In this document: in pieces, positions 62,510 to 64,000 of the stretch
How the letters are laid out: each line of letters begins with the position of its first letter
Numbering within the stretch: position 1 is the first letter of the stretch
Assembly: GCA_034421195.1 (NCBI GenBank)
Contig: DAOUKP010000023.1
Coordinates: forward strand, 5,710-69,709
Origin: Dehalococcoidia bacterium
Lineage (GTDB): Bacteria; Chloroflexota; Dehalococcoidia; Lucifugimonadales; JADFKI01
DNA length: 64,000 bases
Reading direction: 5' to 3'
Notes under the pieces: generated by a model
The model's input: only the letters and a program-made list of their open reading frames with translations
Told to the model about the DNA's origin: nothing
The model's database searches: none
Program-made: the position numbers and the translations under genes

Positions 62510-63645
62510 CTCCCGCCCAAGAACTGCTGGAATGGGTTGGTCGGCTGCGGCGAGGGTGTTATCGCCGTGGAGATGCCCAACTGCTGGATCATCCAGGCGT
62601 AGATGTCGGAGTTGAACACGGCGTACACATCATGTTCCCGACGCTGTTCGTTAATCCAGCGCTCCAGTGCGCGGGTCTTCAGCGCTTCGTGGTTGACGGG
62701 GGCAAGCTCTCGCAGTTCGTCAATCTCAGACACCATGAATATAAACGCCTGCTGCCGCTGGTCGCGGTTGGGGATGGGGGCGCTCAGTTCGCCGACTTCG
62801 ACGGTTGCGATAACGTCGTCGTAGTCTTCGAGAACACCCAGAGGCACCCAGCCGACCTCGCCGCCACGGCGCACAAGTTCCGGAGACTCCCGTGAGAATT
62901 CACGCGTAATCGCCTTGAAAGCTTCATGCAGCAGCAGCGGATCTTCGCTGTTCTTCACATAGTCCTTGTACTTCGTGAGCATGATGTCTATCTCGTCTTC
63001 CTGGTTCACGGCAAGTCGATAGACATGGTATTGCTTGGCAACGCTTGGCACAGCCTCGCCGACATACTGGCGCACCTTCTCCCGCAGCAGCGTGCGGCGC
63101 ACTATGTCGCGGTGCTCGTCCTCGCTAATCTGGGATGAGTTCAGGAAGTTGCCATATAGTTCTTTGAACTCCCTGTCGAGTTGCTCCTCCGATTTGCCCG
63201 CCAGTTGCCCGCCGGCCTGGAAGATGATGGTCGCCTGAATCTGCTGGTCAACCTCTTCATCGGACACGGTTATCCCGATGCTGGGCGCGGACTGCGAGAT
63301 AATCTCGTTCTCCACGATGAGTTGGAGCGCTTGAAAGATGTCGGTGCTCGTATCTATGCGCTGCCCTGAGTCTTCTACCAATCGCTGCCGAATTCGCAGC
63401 ATCTTTACCATGTCTCCGCGCGTGTAGGTTACGTCGTTCACGCTCACCACTCGCTCCTGTGGAGGCAGCACGAATACAAGAGTATAACCAACGCCAATGA
63501 CACCCACGACGATCACCAGCAGCATCACAGCGATAACGGCAAACGCAACGCGGCGTCTGCGCTGAACTTGCTGAACGCGACTGGTTTCGCGGCGGCGGTC
63601 GGTCAGGGATGATTCACCCTGCTCTGGGGAAGGGTCGTTTACCAA
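62506..63645 (-). CDS. membrane-anchored peptidyl-prolyl isomerase (SurA-N/parvulin-like, PrsA-type)
   Basis: N-terminal TM anchor, a SurA_N-like helical region, and a C-terminal GGEVGWVPLGVL...VGELSAPI parvulin-like block. Confidence 0.65.
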   Translation of the reverse strand: MVNDPSPEQGESSLTDRRRETSRVQQVQRRRRVAFAVIAVMLLVIVVGVIGVGYTLVFVLPPQERVVSVNDVTYTRGDMVKMLRIRQRLVEDSGQRIDTSTDIFQALQLIVENEIISQSAPSIGITVSDEEVDQQIQATIIFQAGGQLAGKSEEQLDREFKELYGNFLNSSQISEDEHRDIVRRTLLREKVRQYVGEAVPSVAKQYHVYRLAVNQEDEIDIMLTKYKDYVKNSEDPLLLHEAFKAITREFSRESPELVRRGGEVGWVPLGVLEDYDDVIATVEVGELSAPIPNRDQRQQAFIFMVSEIDELRELAPVNHEALKTRALERWINEQRREHDVYAVFNSDIYAWMIQQLGISTAITPSPQPTNPFQQFLGGS

Positions 63646-63703
63646 TTTCGGATTCTCTCGTTACTTCTGGACTATGACAAGCGAAACATGGATTATACAA
63701 AGT

Positions 63704-63737
63704 GAACAGGATATATCACTGATAGCATATCCTGTTC
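63704..63737. repeat. perfect 11-bp palindrome GAACAGGATAT-N12-ATATCCTGTTC built from the ACAGGAT motif; probable rpsR terminator
   Basis: Direct reading. Lies between the rpsR stop (63781) and the PPIase start (63645) on the minus strand. TATAAT on the minus strand at 63692-63697. Confidence 0.65.
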
Positions 63738-63780
63738 TTACTGTAAATCCATGCTGGTTCACCGGAGACAAGAGGCGCCG

Positions 63781-64000
63781 CTATGCGGCGTAACCGCCAC
63801 CGGGCATCTTGTGGTCGGGACTGAACGGGATGAGCGCGAGTACGCGAGCGCGCTTGATAGCTCGCGAAAGAGCGCGCTGGTGCTTCGAGCAGACGCCGGT
63901 CTTGCGCCTCGCCTCCATCTTGTAGCGGTCCGAAATGAAGCGCCGAAGCCTGGGCACATCCTTGTAGTCGATGTGTTTCACCTTATCTACGCAGAAGGTG
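63781..64000 (-). CDS. rpsR: 30S ribosomal protein S18 (N-terminus beyond the right window edge)
   Basis: The ORF track M at 63981 is an internal GTG. The reading frame continues to the window edge (..TFCVDKVKHIDYKDVPRLRRFISDRYKMEARRKTGVCSKHQRALSRAIKRARVLALIPF). Confidence 0.85.
   Translation of the reverse strand, partial: TFCVDKVKHIDYKDVPRLRRFISDRYKMEARRKTGVCSKHQRALSRAIKRARVLALIPFSPDHKMPGGGYAA

Overview
GC-rich chromosomal segment carrying about 70 protein-coding genes, two tRNAs (Asp-GTC, Val-GAC), one degenerate tRNA-like sequence and one TPP riboswitch. I found no rRNA, CRISPR array, transposase, integrase or phage genes. The coding content is housekeeping, transport and catabolism. Transport: a branched-chain amino-acid ABC system (livGFHM order, no binding protein); a peptide/opine-type ABC system split over both strands; two MFS transporters; one RND pump; and a riboswitch-controlled SSS transporter. 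Redox and hydrolytic enzymes: two LLM/F420-type oxidoreductases, two FAD oxidases, a DHDPS-family lyase, a HAD-II dehalogenase, an MBL hydrolase, a fused hydantoinase/oxoprolinase, a formamidase, a sulfatase and split sulfopyruvate-decarboxylase-like ComDE. Core genes: ilvE, fabI, trxA and rpsR. Also present are three toxin-antitoxin remnants or modules (two vapBC pairs and an orphan hicB). Lipoproteins with Ala/Pro-rich tethers, many LLM enzymes and a sulfatase are reminiscent of marine or sponge-associated Chloroflexota such as SAR202, but that is inference only. The most striking feature not explained by genes is a very dense, modular family of intergenic repeats. It has two parts: (i) a G/C hairpin core, sometimes nested inside 19-nt terminal inverted repeats (MITE/REPIN-like geometry), and (ii) a purine-rich ACAGGATGG tandem motif. 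The second motif repeatedly begins exactly on the TAA stop codon of the upstream gene and sits between cistrons. Other items worth a second look: a 587-aa orphan coiled-coil protein with a RelE/ParE-like C-terminal pattern; an OppC-type permease with a threefold internally repeated periplasmic insertion; a decayed tRNA-like element inside the liv operon; and an FTR-catalytic-subunit/thioredoxin pair bracketed by tRNAs. All functional calls rest on motif and family recognition by eye from the supplied translations. No database search was run.
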